A DNA stretch of 64,000 bases, from contig CAVQEA010000020.1 in NCBI GenBank assembly GCA_963711395.1, positions 72,623-136,622 on the forward strand, written 5' to 3'. Under the pieces are notes generated by a model. It did not search any database. It was given only the letters and a program-made list of their open reading frames with translations, and was not told the DNA's origin. Positions 8,954-17,691 of the stretch are shown one piece after another (the first letter of the stretch is position 1; every line of letters begins with the position of its first letter). Made by a program: the position numbers and the translations under genes. This stretch comes from an uncultured delta proteobacterium. Its GTDB lineage: Bacteria > Desulfobacterota > Binatia > JACPRU01.

Positions 8954-9463
8954 CTAGTAGAGTGTGCCGGCCGTGGGAGGCACGATTTGCCCAGACAGCC
9001 GGACCTGAATCTTACGCGCGACTTGGACTCCGGAATCCTGAAGGTTGAGAGTCGCGGTAGAGGTCGGTTGCACCATCAATCCCCGAGAGTCGAATTCGAT
9101 CGACGGGGTAGCCCCGGAGAAGACCAACGGACTGGTGAGGGTCACCGTGCGTACGTCGATGCCGGGGTTCGTCCAACTGTTCGTTCCGGCGTCGAATGCC
9201 AGTCGCTGGATCTGATAACTGGAAGTGCCGGGCACCACCCGGTAATGTGCATCGTGGCTGATCGCCAGCATGCGCGCGACGCGTAGATTCCCCACCAACT
9301 CGACGGCGGACCGTTGAACCAGCGTGGGACGGCCGTATGCGACGAGCAATCGAGAGACGCCGAACCCGCTCACGATCGAGATCAGAATTATGGCCACCAG
9401 AACCTCGATCAACGAGAAGCCGTTCGGATCGCGCTTTTGGGCTGTCGACTGTCGCTCCGGCAT
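8954..9463 (-). CDS. GspH/FimT(FimU)-family minor pseudopilin
   Basis: Internal ATG at 9463 of ORF 8954..10081, preceded by GGGAGAA. MPERQSTAQKRDPNGFSLIEVLVAIILISIVSGFGVSRLL..VELVGNLRVARMLAISHDAHYRVV. The upstream 206 codons of the track ORF are non-protein-like. Confidence 0.8.
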   Translation of the reverse strand: MPERQSTAQKRDPNGFSLIEVLVAIILISIVSGFGVSRLLVAYGRPTLVQRSAVELVGNLRVARMLAISHDAHYRVVPGTSSYQIQRLAFDAGTNSWTNPGIDVRTVTLTSPLVFSGATPSIEFDSRGLMVQPTSTATLNLQDSGVQVARKIQVRLSGQIVPPTAGTLY

Positions 9464-9658
9464 TTCTCCCACGGTTCTTGCAATTTCCGAACCCGAGGCT
9501 AAGGGGCGAAATAGTGAGAGGAAAATATCGTCGAAATTACGGACGAGCGCGTAGAAATTTGCCGCTGTGTCATTTTTTGACCATGCTTTTTCGAACGAAA
9601 GTGTCAGTGATGGCCAAGCTCGGACACTGATCGCGACGCGGGCGGTTGAGGCGACGGG

Positions 9659-10360
9659 TTGAGAGAAGCTCAAGAAGAGTCCCCATTCAGCGCCCGATGC
9701 GCCGAATGCGGAACCGAGCAGGAGGCGTACGCCGTGCATGGCTCTTGCACCGTCTGCGGTGCCGAGCAGGTCATGCGAGTGCAGGACGGGGATACCGACG
9801 CCGCGACTCTCGAGGCGAGCGTAGCGGTCGAGTCGAGCGACAATCCGCGTTATACGGAGGTGCGCCGGGAACTCGCTTCCATTCTTCAGGATCTGCGCCC
9901 CGAAGACGTCGATCACGCGACCGGGATCGCCGAGTCGATACACGCGAGAAAGAAGCTGTCTCCTGCGGCGATGCTCGTCCTGCTCGCCATGCTCGTGCCT
10001 GTAGGGTGGTTCGTGGCGCGCGCTGCCACGGAGTTCGCCTTTAATCGGCTCGTGGCGCGCGACGCCGCACGCCTGGCGCAAAGGATCGAGATCTATCGCG
10101 GCGAGACCGGCCTCTACCCTGACGCAGCGGTATGGAGTCTATGGGTCAGTGGCGTCGACGCCCAGTCGTTTCAAGACCCGTGGCAGCGTCCGTATCTGTA
10201 TAACGTCGATTCACGAGCGTTCTCGATTGCCACGTACGGCTCGGATGGACGCCCCGGCGGCCGTTGGCAAAACAAGGACGTGACCGTCGCATTCCCCTAC
10301 CTGAATCCGCGCATGGCGCTGCCACACGCGCAGCCGAAGAGCCCGGGCGCATCGCCGTAG
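9659..10360 (+). CDS. Zinc-ribbon / single-TM protein with a C-terminal GspG-like (T2SS protein G) domain; no prepilin signal
   Basis: N-terminal CAECG-x13-CTVCG, then TM segment AAMLVLLAMLVPVGWFVA. The C-terminus IEIYRGETGLYPD..DPWQRPYLYNVDSRAFSIATYGSDGRPGG matches the DPWG.PY.Y....F.l.S.G.DG core of GspG. It is divergent from the minor-pilin operon. Confidence 0.65.
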   Translation: MREAQEESPFSARCAECGTEQEAYAVHGSCTVCGAEQVMRVQDGDTDAATLEASVAVESSDNPRYTEVRRELASILQDLRPEDVDHATGIAESIHARKKLSPAAMLVLLAMLVPVGWFVARAATEFAFNRLVARDAARLAQRIEIYRGETGLYPDAAVWSLWVSGVDAQSFQDPWQRPYLYNVDSRAFSIATYGSDGRPGGRWQNKDVTVAFPYLNPRMALPHAQPKSPGASP

Positions 10361-10390
10361 TCGGCCGGGCGGGATTTCGCTGAGGCACCG

Positions 10391-11413
10391 TCAGGTCACT
10401 TGCAGGCCCGCGGACGCGGCGATCATCTCGGTGCAGACTGCCGCGGCGATCTCGAGCGATCGCAAACGCGCCGCGTGATCGAAGATCTGCGCGGCGAACA
10501 TGATCTCGTCGGCGCCGGTCTCCGCGATGATTTCGTGAAGCCGGCGACGCACCGTCGCCGGCGAGCCCTTCACCGCGTAGCGAAACGCCTGATCGATGAA
10601 CGCCTGGATCGCCTCGGGCAACGATTCGTGGAACCTCTCGATGGGCGGTCCGAGGAGGCCGGTGTCACCGGTCGTGCGCAGCCGCAAGAACATCTGCTCG
10701 AGCGACGTGAAGAGGCGCTCGCCTTCTGCGTCGCTGTCCGCGGCGAAAACGTTGACGCCGATCATCGCGTAGGGTCGCTCGATCGTGCCAGAGGGACGGA
10801 AGTTCGACCGGTATGCCTCGAGAGCCGGCATCAGCAATTCGGGCGCGAAGTGAGACGCGAATGCGAAGGGCAGACCGAGCGCGGCGGCGAGCTCGGCGCT
10901 GTAGAGGCTCGAGCCGAGCAACCACACCGGGACGTCGAGACCAGCCCCCGGCACCGCTCGTACGGCGAGCCCGGGCTGCGACGGCGCGAAATACGAGAGG
11001 AGCTCGATCACGTCGTCGGGAAACGAGTCCTCGCTGCCGCCGACGCGGTGGCGCAGAGCGCGGGCGACGGCCGGACCGGCCCCCGGCGCCCGGCCGATGC
11101 CGAGATCGATGCGCCCCGGATAGAGCGATTCGAGAGTGCCGAACTGCTCCGCGATGACCAGCGGCGAATGGTTGGGGAGCATGATGCCGCCGGCACCGAC
11201 GCGAATCGTCGACGTGCCGGCCGCCACGAATCCGATGAGCACCGCCGTGGCGGCGCTGCCGATGCCGCTCATACCGTGGTGCTCGGCGAGCCAGTAGCGA
11301 CGATATCCCCAGCCCTCGGCGTGGCGTGCGAGATCCAGCGAATTGCGGAACGATTGCGCGGGGCCGCCGCCGACCAAGATCGGCGACAGATCGAGGATCG
11401 AAAACGGCACCAT
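10391..11413 (-). CDS. LLM-class (luciferase-like) flavin-dependent oxidoreductase
   Basis: Intact 340 aa. [72 protein letters not shown]. Confidence 0.9.
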   Translation of the reverse strand: MVPFSILDLSPILVGGGPAQSFRNSLDLARHAEGWGYRRYWLAEHHGMSGIGSAATAVLIGFVAAGTSTIRVGAGGIMLPNHSPLVIAEQFGTLESLYPGRIDLGIGRAPGAGPAVARALRHRVGGSEDSFPDDVIELLSYFAPSQPGLAVRAVPGAGLDVPVWLLGSSLYSAELAAALGLPFAFASHFAPELLMPALEAYRSNFRPSGTIERPYAMIGVNVFAADSDAEGERLFTSLEQMFLRLRTTGDTGLLGPPIERFHESLPEAIQAFIDQAFRYAVKGSPATVRRRLHEIIAETGADEIMFAAQIFDHAARLRSLEIAAAVCTEMIAASAGLQVT

Positions 11414-11525
11414 GGCGTCGGCGACAGCCTCCGACCGCTGTCTTCGCCGTCGATAGGCAACTCTCGATCGAGCTGTGTCAACCGCTTGAACGTTGCGCCG
11501 GATTCCATTCTATAAGTGACCTCGC

Positions 11526-12182
11526 ATGACGACCCGGGTCATCTGCATTTCGCGCTCGATGGCCGCAGGCGGCGAGTCCGTCGGCGAGCTCGTCGCCGGC
11601 CGTCTCGGATATCGCTACGTCGACGAAGAAATCATCTCGCTCGCGGCGAACCAGGCGCAGGTCGATGCCGCGGTCGTTGCCGCCGCGGAACAGCGCAAGC
11701 CGCTTCTCGAGCGCCTGCTCGACAAGCTACCGACGGCGCACGATCTCGCCGGTGCGGTGACGATCGGTACGGGCGTTCCCGTGGATATCTTCACCGGCAG
11801 AGTCGTCGAGTATCGCGCCGTGCCGGACGACATGCGGGTGCTGATTCGCGCGGCGATTCACGAGGTGGCGAAAGCCGGCCAGGCGGTGATCGTCGCGCAT
11901 GCCGCATCGATGGCGTTGGCGGGTTCTGCGGGCGTGCTGCGCGTGCTGGTCACGGCGTCGCCCGCGGTTCGCGCTCAGCGGATGGCAGCGACGCAGGGCC
12001 TCGACGCGACCGCAGCCGAGGCAGCGATCGCAAACTCCGACCGCGAGCGGCGCGACTATCTGAAGCGCTTCTACGCCGTGAAGGAGGAGCTACCCACCCA
12101 CTACGACCTCGTCGTCAGCACCGACGTGATCAGCGTCGAGCAAGCGGCGGCGCTGGTCGTCGCCGCGGCGGGCGTGCTGTGA
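11526..12182 (+). CDS. Cytidylate-kinase-like family protein
   Basis: Intact 218 aa. VICISRSMAAGGESVGELVAGRLGYRYVDEEII and ERRDYLKRFY..YDLVVST are typical of the Cytidylate_kin2 family. Confidence 0.7.
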   Translation: MTTRVICISRSMAAGGESVGELVAGRLGYRYVDEEIISLAANQAQVDAAVVAAAEQRKPLLERLLDKLPTAHDLAGAVTIGTGVPVDIFTGRVVEYRAVPDDMRVLIRAAIHEVAKAGQAVIVAHAASMALAGSAGVLRVLVTASPAVRAQRMAATQGLDATAAEAAIANSDRERRDYLKRFYAVKEELPTHYDLVVSTDVISVEQAAALVVAAAGVL

Positions 12183-12192
12183 TCGCCGGCGA

Positions 12193-12606
12193 TCACTGTT
12201 GAGCCGGCCGGTCGCGGACCGCGCTTCGCGCGCAATCGACGATCGCCGAGAGCTTCGAGCCGGGACGGAATACGCCAGCCACACCCATCTCCCGAAGCTT
12301 CTCCGCGTCGCGCTTGGCGATGATGCCGCCGGCGAGCAGTGGAACGTCGCCGATGCCCGCGGCGCGCATAGCTTCGAGGACGGCGGCGACGTGCTCGACC
12401 GGATCGCGGTCCATGACCCTTATGGCGACGAGGTCCGCGGCTTCCTGGAGCGCGGCGCTCGCCGATTCACGGGGCAGCTGGCGGCCCGTGAGGATGACCT
12501 CGAAGCCCGCGTCGCGGAAGCCGCGAGCGACGACGTGATAGCCCGCGGTGTGCCCGCTGGTGTCGCAGGCGAACAGAATGCGGATCGGGCGTGCCTCGTC
12601 GCTCAT
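12193..12606 (-). CDS. Cobalamin-binding domain protein (methylmalonyl-CoA-mutase C-terminal/small-subunit type)
   Basis: ATG at 12606 forms an ATGA overlap with the stop of the upstream catalytic gene. MSDEARPIRILFACDTSGHTAGYHVVARGFRDAGFEVILTG..DVPLLAGGII. The frame is intact. Confidence 0.8.
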   Translation of the reverse strand: MSDEARPIRILFACDTSGHTAGYHVVARGFRDAGFEVILTGRQLPRESASAALQEAADLVAIRVMDRDPVEHVAAVLEAMRAAGIGDVPLLAGGIIAKRDAEKLREMGVAGVFRPGSKLSAIVDCARSAVRDRPAQQ

Positions 12607-14191
12607 GAGTACAATCGGGTGATGAACCCCCCGCGCTTGCGCAGCTCGGCCTCGCCGGAGACGGCGGCGAGAGCGTCGACCATCTCGCCGATCGACAGAT
12701 ACGCCTCTGCCGCTTCGATGGCGGGCTGCGACGATCGGCTCGCGCAGGCGGTAGGCCTCGACGAGCCGTCGGCGTGCGCTTTCGAAGCGCCCGGGTCGCG
12801 CTCGCGCTTGACCCGGGCGAGGCGCTCGATCTGCTGCGTCGCGCCACGCCGGATCGTAGTCCAGGGCCGCGCTCTTCACGCTATCGCCGAGCGCGAGGTC
12901 CTCGTCGTCGGCATCCTCGAAGCAGTTGACGCCGACCACGGGCCGGTCGCCGCGATCGATCTCGAGCTGGCGTCGGTACGCTGCCTCGCGGGTACAATCG
13001 GTCACGTGTTGCCACGCCCGCGCCGCGCCCATCTCGGGTCATCGATTCGAAGATCTCCGTCGCGCGCTTTTCGAGCTCGTCGGTCAAGCTCTCGATGGCC
13101 CAGGATCCGCCGAGCGGGTCGACCACGTTCGCGAGCCCCGACTCGAGGGCGATGATCTGCTGCGTGCGCACGGAGAGGGTCTGCGCGAATCGCGACGGAA
13201 TCCCTGCGCCTTCGTCGAAGGCGTTCACGGAGAGCGACTGCGCTCCGCCGAGCACGGCCGCGAGCGCGTGCAGCGTCGCCCGCACGACGTTGTTGAGGGG
13301 CTGCTGCGCGGTCAGCGCGACGCCCGAAGTCTGCACGTGAAAGCGCAGCTGGCAGGCGCGATCGTCGCTGGCGCCGAGCCGCTCGCGCATGATGCGCGCC
13401 CAAAGCCGCCGCATCGCGCGAAACTTCGCCACTTCTTCGAGCAGCTCGTTCTCAGCGTTCAGAGAGAAGGTGAGGCGCCGACCGACGACGTTGACATCTG
13501 CGCCGCGCTCCGCGGCCGTCGAGGCGGCGTACCAGCCCTCGTAAACGCCGAAGGCGATCTCCTGGTCGGCGCCGATTCCCGATTCGCGCGTGTTGCGCAC
13601 CGAGATCGACGTGTGGTTCCAGCGCGGCATGCTCTTCGCGCAAAACTCGATCAGGTCGACGTAATGGTTGCCGTCGTAGCGAGGCGGCTCGCCCCACGGC
13701 AGCACGTAGTTCTGGATCGTGCCGGAGAGATCCTCGAGCGCTATGCCACGTCGGCGCGCGACGCCGACGATCATCGCGAAGGCAGGGATCGAGTTGCCGG
13801 TTTGGTTGATGGACAGGCTCTCGATCGGGATGTCCGCGAAGACGTCTTCCATGTCCGCAATGGTGTCGACCCACACGCCGCCGCGGCCTACGAGCGCCGC
13901 CGCGCGCGCATCGCTGGACTCGAAGGGGCATAGCCGAGGCCGGTCAGGCTGATGCCGGTCTGCCCTTCGCGCAACAGGTGACGCAGCCGACGTTGGTCTC
14001 GCGGCCGGTACCGACCCCCATGACCTGGCGGACGGTCCATTGCTTGGCGCGGTAGCCGCTGGCGCGCGTGCCGCGTGTAAACGGGAAGCGTCCGGGGTCG
14101 CCGAGATTGCAGGGATAGTCGAGCCCGCCGACATCGTCCGGCCGGTAGAAGTCGCGTAAGGAAATTCCGGAAGGGTGCGTTCCTTGGGCAT
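12603..14191 (-). pseudogene. Methylmalonyl-CoA-mutase-family catalytic (TIM-barrel) subunit; frame changes at least 7 times
   Basis: Pieces sit in all three minus frames:
- MPKERT / HPSGISLRDFYRPDDVGGLDYPCNLGDPGRFPFTRG..WTVRQVMGVGTGRETN / RHLLREGQTGISL.
- FESSDARAAALVGRGGVWVDTIADMEDVFADIPIESLSINQTGNS..FHVQTSGVALTAQQPLNNVVRATLHALAAVLGGAQSL.
- WQHVTDCTREAAYRRQLEIDRGDRPVVGVNCF / QQIERLARVKRERDPG / FESARRRLVEAYRL / AIEAAEAYLSIGEMVDALAAVSGE..LYS*. Confidence 0.75.
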
Positions 14192-14304
14192 GTTTGCTCC
14201 GTACGCTCCATGCTGGAAAATCCGGCCGTCAATCGTCGCGCCGGCGGCGCGCGTATCGACACGACGCCGCTTGGCGTAGTAGCGCTGCGTAGCTCGGAGC
14301 TTTC

Positions 14305-15327
14305 ATGAGAGTCATCGATCTGCGCAGCGACACGGTCACCCGTCCGTCTTTGCAAATGCGGGCGGCGATGGCGTCCGCGGAAGTCGGCGACGACGTCTAC
14401 GGAGAGGACCCGACAGTGAACCGTCTCGAAGCGATGGCCGCGGGGATGCTCGACAAGGAAGCGGCGCTCTTCGTCTGCAGCGGCACGCAATCGAACCTGC
14501 TTGCGCTGCTCGCGCACTGCGAACGCGGCGACGAGTACATCGTCGGCCAGCAGGCGCATACCTACAAGTACGAGGGCGGAGGGGCGGCGGTGCTCGGCAG
14601 CATCCAGCCGCAGCCGCTGGAGTACGAGCCGGATGGCTCGCTGGACCTAGGCAAGGTCGAGGCGGCGATCAAGCCCCACGATGTGCATTTCGCTCGGACG
14701 CGGCTGCTATGCCTCGAGAACACGCAGGCCGGGAAGCCGCTGCCGCTGGACTATTTGAGGAGGGCAGGGGAGCTCGCGCGAGCCAAGGGTCTAGGAGCTC
14801 ACCTCGACGGCGCCCGCGTCTTCAACGCGGCGGTCCATTGGAAAGTAGCGGTCACCGAGATCAGCCGGCACTTCGATTCGGTCTCGTTCTGCCTCTCGAA
14901 GGGGCTCGGTGCACCGGTTGGATCGGTGCTCTGCGCTTCGCGAGGTTTGATCGCCAAGGCGCGGCGCTGGCGCAAGGTGCTCGGCGGCGGCATGCGGCAA
15001 GCGGGCGTGCTGGCGGCCGCCGGCATCTACGCGCTCGAGCACAACGTCGATCGGCTGGAGGAAGATCACGAGAACGCCCGCGCCCTGGCGGAAGGCCTCG
15101 CGGCCATCGACGGTATCGAAGTCGCACCGGGCGGCGCGCAGACCAACATGGTCCACGCCGACCTCGGGCCCGAGCGGGCGGCGGCGCTGCGCGATCATCT
15201 GCAGCAGCAGGGCATGCTGGTGAGAGGCCAGGGAACCATGCGGCTCGTCACCCACCTCGACGTGGATCGGGCCGACGTCGACCGATTCGTAGGGGCGGTA
15301 CGGCGCTTCTTCGCGGGACGAGCTTGA
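14305..15327 (+). CDS. ltaE: Low-specificity L-threonine aldolase
   Basis: Intact 340 aa. IDLRSDTVTRPS, EVGDDVYGEDPTVNRLE, CSGTQSNLLAL, SFCLSKGLGAPVGS (PLP lysine context). Confidence 0.9.
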   Translation: MRVIDLRSDTVTRPSLQMRAAMASAEVGDDVYGEDPTVNRLEAMAAGMLDKEAALFVCSGTQSNLLALLAHCERGDEYIVGQQAHTYKYEGGGAAVLGSIQPQPLEYEPDGSLDLGKVEAAIKPHDVHFARTRLLCLENTQAGKPLPLDYLRRAGELARAKGLGAHLDGARVFNAAVHWKVAVTEISRHFDSVSFCLSKGLGAPVGSVLCASRGLIAKARRWRKVLGGGMRQAGVLAAAGIYALEHNVDRLEEDHENARALAEGLAAIDGIEVAPGGAQTNMVHADLGPERAAALRDHLQQQGMLVRGQGTMRLVTHLDVDRADVDRFVGAVRRFFAGRA

Positions 15328-15348
15328 CCCGGCCGCTAGCGGTCACCC

Positions 15349-16530
15349 GTGGTTGGCGATAGAGCTGGGCGGATGCCGACGGACCGTCTCGCCCCTCCTG
15401 CGCCGCGCTTCTCGCGGATCACGGACGAGGGTGTCGCCGCGCTGCGCCGACTCGTTGACGTCACGGTCGAGGAGACCGTCGAGCCCTGGTGCACCGAGGC
15501 CACCCGCGACAACATCCGTCATTGGGCGCATGGCATCGGCGACGACAACCCGTTGTGGTGCGACCCATCGTACGCGGTTGCCACGCGGCACGCACGCCTC
15601 GTCGCGCCGCCGTCGTTCGTCTTCGCCCTCAACCGTACCTTCAGCGGCTACGTCGCCGGGCTGCCGGGGGTGCATGCCATGTTCGCGGGAATCGACGTCG
15701 AGTGGCACCGTCCGATTCGGCTCGGCGACCGGTTCTCCACGAGAGCTCGCCTGCGCGATCTGATCGAGCACCGGACGCGCTTCTCGGGACGGTCGATCCA
15801 GCAGATCTACCGTTGCGAATTCTACGGCGAGGACGGGGAGCTGCTCGCCGAGGGAGACAGTTGGTGCTTCCGGACCGAGCGCGACACCGCGCGCGAGCAG
15901 GGCACCAAATACGACGCGGTGAAGGCGAAAGAGCCCGTTCACTACACGCGGGAACGGCTCGCCGAAATCCACGCGCTGTACGCTGCGGAGGAGGTTCGCG
16001 GCTCGCGGCCGCGCTTCATCGAAGAGGTCGCGGTCGGGGAGCGCCTGCCGAGGATGGTCAAGGGCCCGATGACGGTGACCGGCTTCATCGCCTTCGCGCA
16101 GGGCTGGGGCGGCCTCTACATCCGGGCCAACAAGCTCGCCTGGAAGCAGCTGCAGCGGCACCCCGGGCTCGGAATTCCCAATCGCTTCGGCATTCCCGAC
16201 GTTCCGGAGAGAGTCCATTGGGAGGACGAGCTCGCCATGCTGGTCGGCACCCCCGCGGCGTATGACTACGGACCGGAACGCTGCTCTTGGATGTCCCACC
16301 AGCTGACGAATTGGATGGGGGACGACGGTTTTCTGCGCCGCCACCACGTCGAGATCCGCCGTCACAATCCGGTCGGCGACACGCTCTACATCGACGGCGA
16401 GGTGCGCCGCACGTTCGAGGACGGAGGAGAGCACTATGCGGAGATCTCGCAGCGCGCGACCAATCAGGACGGCGAATTGTCGGTGACGGCGACCGCCACC
16501 GTGCGCTTGCCCTCACGGAGCGCTACGTGA
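15349..16530 (+). CDS. Double hot-dog MaoC-like / FAS1-like acyl dehydratase
   Basis: Intact 393 aa. ATRDNIRHWAHGIGDDNPLW..APPSF marks the N-terminal hot-dog. VHWEDELA..YDYGPERCSWMSHQLTNWMGDDGFL marks the C-terminal hot-dog. The start may instead be the Met at 15373. Confidence 0.8.
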   Translation: MVGDRAGRMPTDRLAPPAPRFSRITDEGVAALRRLVDVTVEETVEPWCTEATRDNIRHWAHGIGDDNPLWCDPSYAVATRHARLVAPPSFVFALNRTFSGYVAGLPGVHAMFAGIDVEWHRPIRLGDRFSTRARLRDLIEHRTRFSGRSIQQIYRCEFYGEDGELLAEGDSWCFRTERDTAREQGTKYDAVKAKEPVHYTRERLAEIHALYAAEEVRGSRPRFIEEVAVGERLPRMVKGPMTVTGFIAFAQGWGGLYIRANKLAWKQLQRHPGLGIPNRFGIPDVPERVHWEDELAMLVGTPAAYDYGPERCSWMSHQLTNWMGDDGFLRRHHVEIRRHNPVGDTLYIDGEVRRTFEDGGEHYAEISQRATNQDGELSVTATATVRLPSRSAT

Positions 16531-16546
16531 GCTGCGAATCCGCCGG

Positions 16547-17155
16547 GTGAACCGTGGGGCGCCCGTGAAGGCGGCGCAACCGTTTCGGCTGCGCCACCTG
16601 GTGGCGGTGATCGCTTCACTTGCGGCCACCGCGGGGGTGCTCGCGGCGATGGGCCGACCATGGTGGTGCCGGGAAGGCGACCTGACGCCGTGGTCGCTCG
16701 ACATCTGGAGCCGCCACAACTCGCAGCACCTCGTCGACCCCTACACGGTCACCCACGCGCTCCACGGTATCGCACTCTACGGAATCCTCTGGGCGACGAT
16801 CGGCGGCGTCTGCAGTGCCTCGACTCGTGCGGCGATCGCCATGGGCATCGAGACGGCATGGGAGATCGTCGAGAACACCAACTGGATGATCGACCGCTAT
16901 CGTAGAGCGACGGTCTCGCTCGGTTACTACGGCGACAGCATTCTCAATTCGCTCGGCGACATCGTCGCGTTCCTGTTCGGATACTTCGCGGCGGGAGTGT
17001 TGCCGAGCTGGGTATCGATCGCCGCCTTTTTCGCCGTCGACTCCCTGCTCGCATGGTGGATTCGTGATAGCCTGCTGCTGAACGTGCTTATGCTGGTTCA
17101 TCCCCTCGAGAGCGTGAAGGCATGGCAACTCGGAGGCATGTCTGGATCGCACTGA
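16547..17155 (+). CDS. DUF2585 (UPF0314) family membrane protein
   Basis: Intact 202 aa. GRPWWCREGDLTPW..WSRHNSQHLVDPYTVTHALHGI, with 4-5 hydrophobic segments. Confidence 0.75.
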   Translation: MNRGAPVKAAQPFRLRHLVAVIASLAATAGVLAAMGRPWWCREGDLTPWSLDIWSRHNSQHLVDPYTVTHALHGIALYGILWATIGGVCSASTRAAIAMGIETAWEIVENTNWMIDRYRRATVSLGYYGDSILNSLGDIVAFLFGYFAAGVLPSWVSIAAFFAVDSLLAWWIRDSLLLNVLMLVHPLESVKAWQLGGMSGSH

Positions 17156-17210
17156 TCGCCTGCAGACTTCGTCGCCTGACCGTGTTCAATGCCGAGAGGA
17201 TTGTTCTACG

Positions 17211-17654
17211 ATGCTCGTCGCGCACCGTAAGATCGCACGCGCGCTGGGGGTGGCGGTCGGTGGGTTCTGCCTCGTCGTCGCATCCCGTGCCGTTGCCTTG
17301 TCGGGCGCACCCGGGGTGCCCAACCTGCGCCAGCCGCCCCTCTACGTCATCGAAGGCTACCTCGATAGCGCGCCGGAAGGAGCCGAGATTCGGGACCGAG
17401 TCGACATCAGCGCCCGAGGACGCCGGCACACTCTGCTGGTCACGCGCTACGGGACGCCCGGCGAGACGGGGCTCGATCGCTACCTTTCGCGGGTGATGCA
17501 ACAGCCGTTCGCGATCGAGGGGATGCCGGAAGAAGTGGAACGCCTCGGCGGCGCTCCGCGCGGAGCGAAGATCGTCGGCACCTTCACGCTCTATATACAG
17601 GGCCCGCCGAGGCTGCGGATTGCGGATCTCACCGAACCCGCGCCCGAGTCCTAG
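17211..17654 (+). CDS. Hypothetical exported protein
   Basis: 147-aa ORF with signal-like N-terminus MLVAHRKIARALGVAVGGFCLVVASRAVALSG. No family recognised. Confidence 0.55.
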   Translation: MLVAHRKIARALGVAVGGFCLVVASRAVALSGAPGVPNLRQPPLYVIEGYLDSAPEGAEIRDRVDISARGRRHTLLVTRYGTPGETGLDRYLSRVMQQPFAIEGMPEEVERLGGAPRGAKIVGTFTLYIQGPPRLRIADLTEPAPES

Positions 17655-17691
17655 AGCAAGGCACGTAATTCAGCGGACGCCAAGGCGGGGT

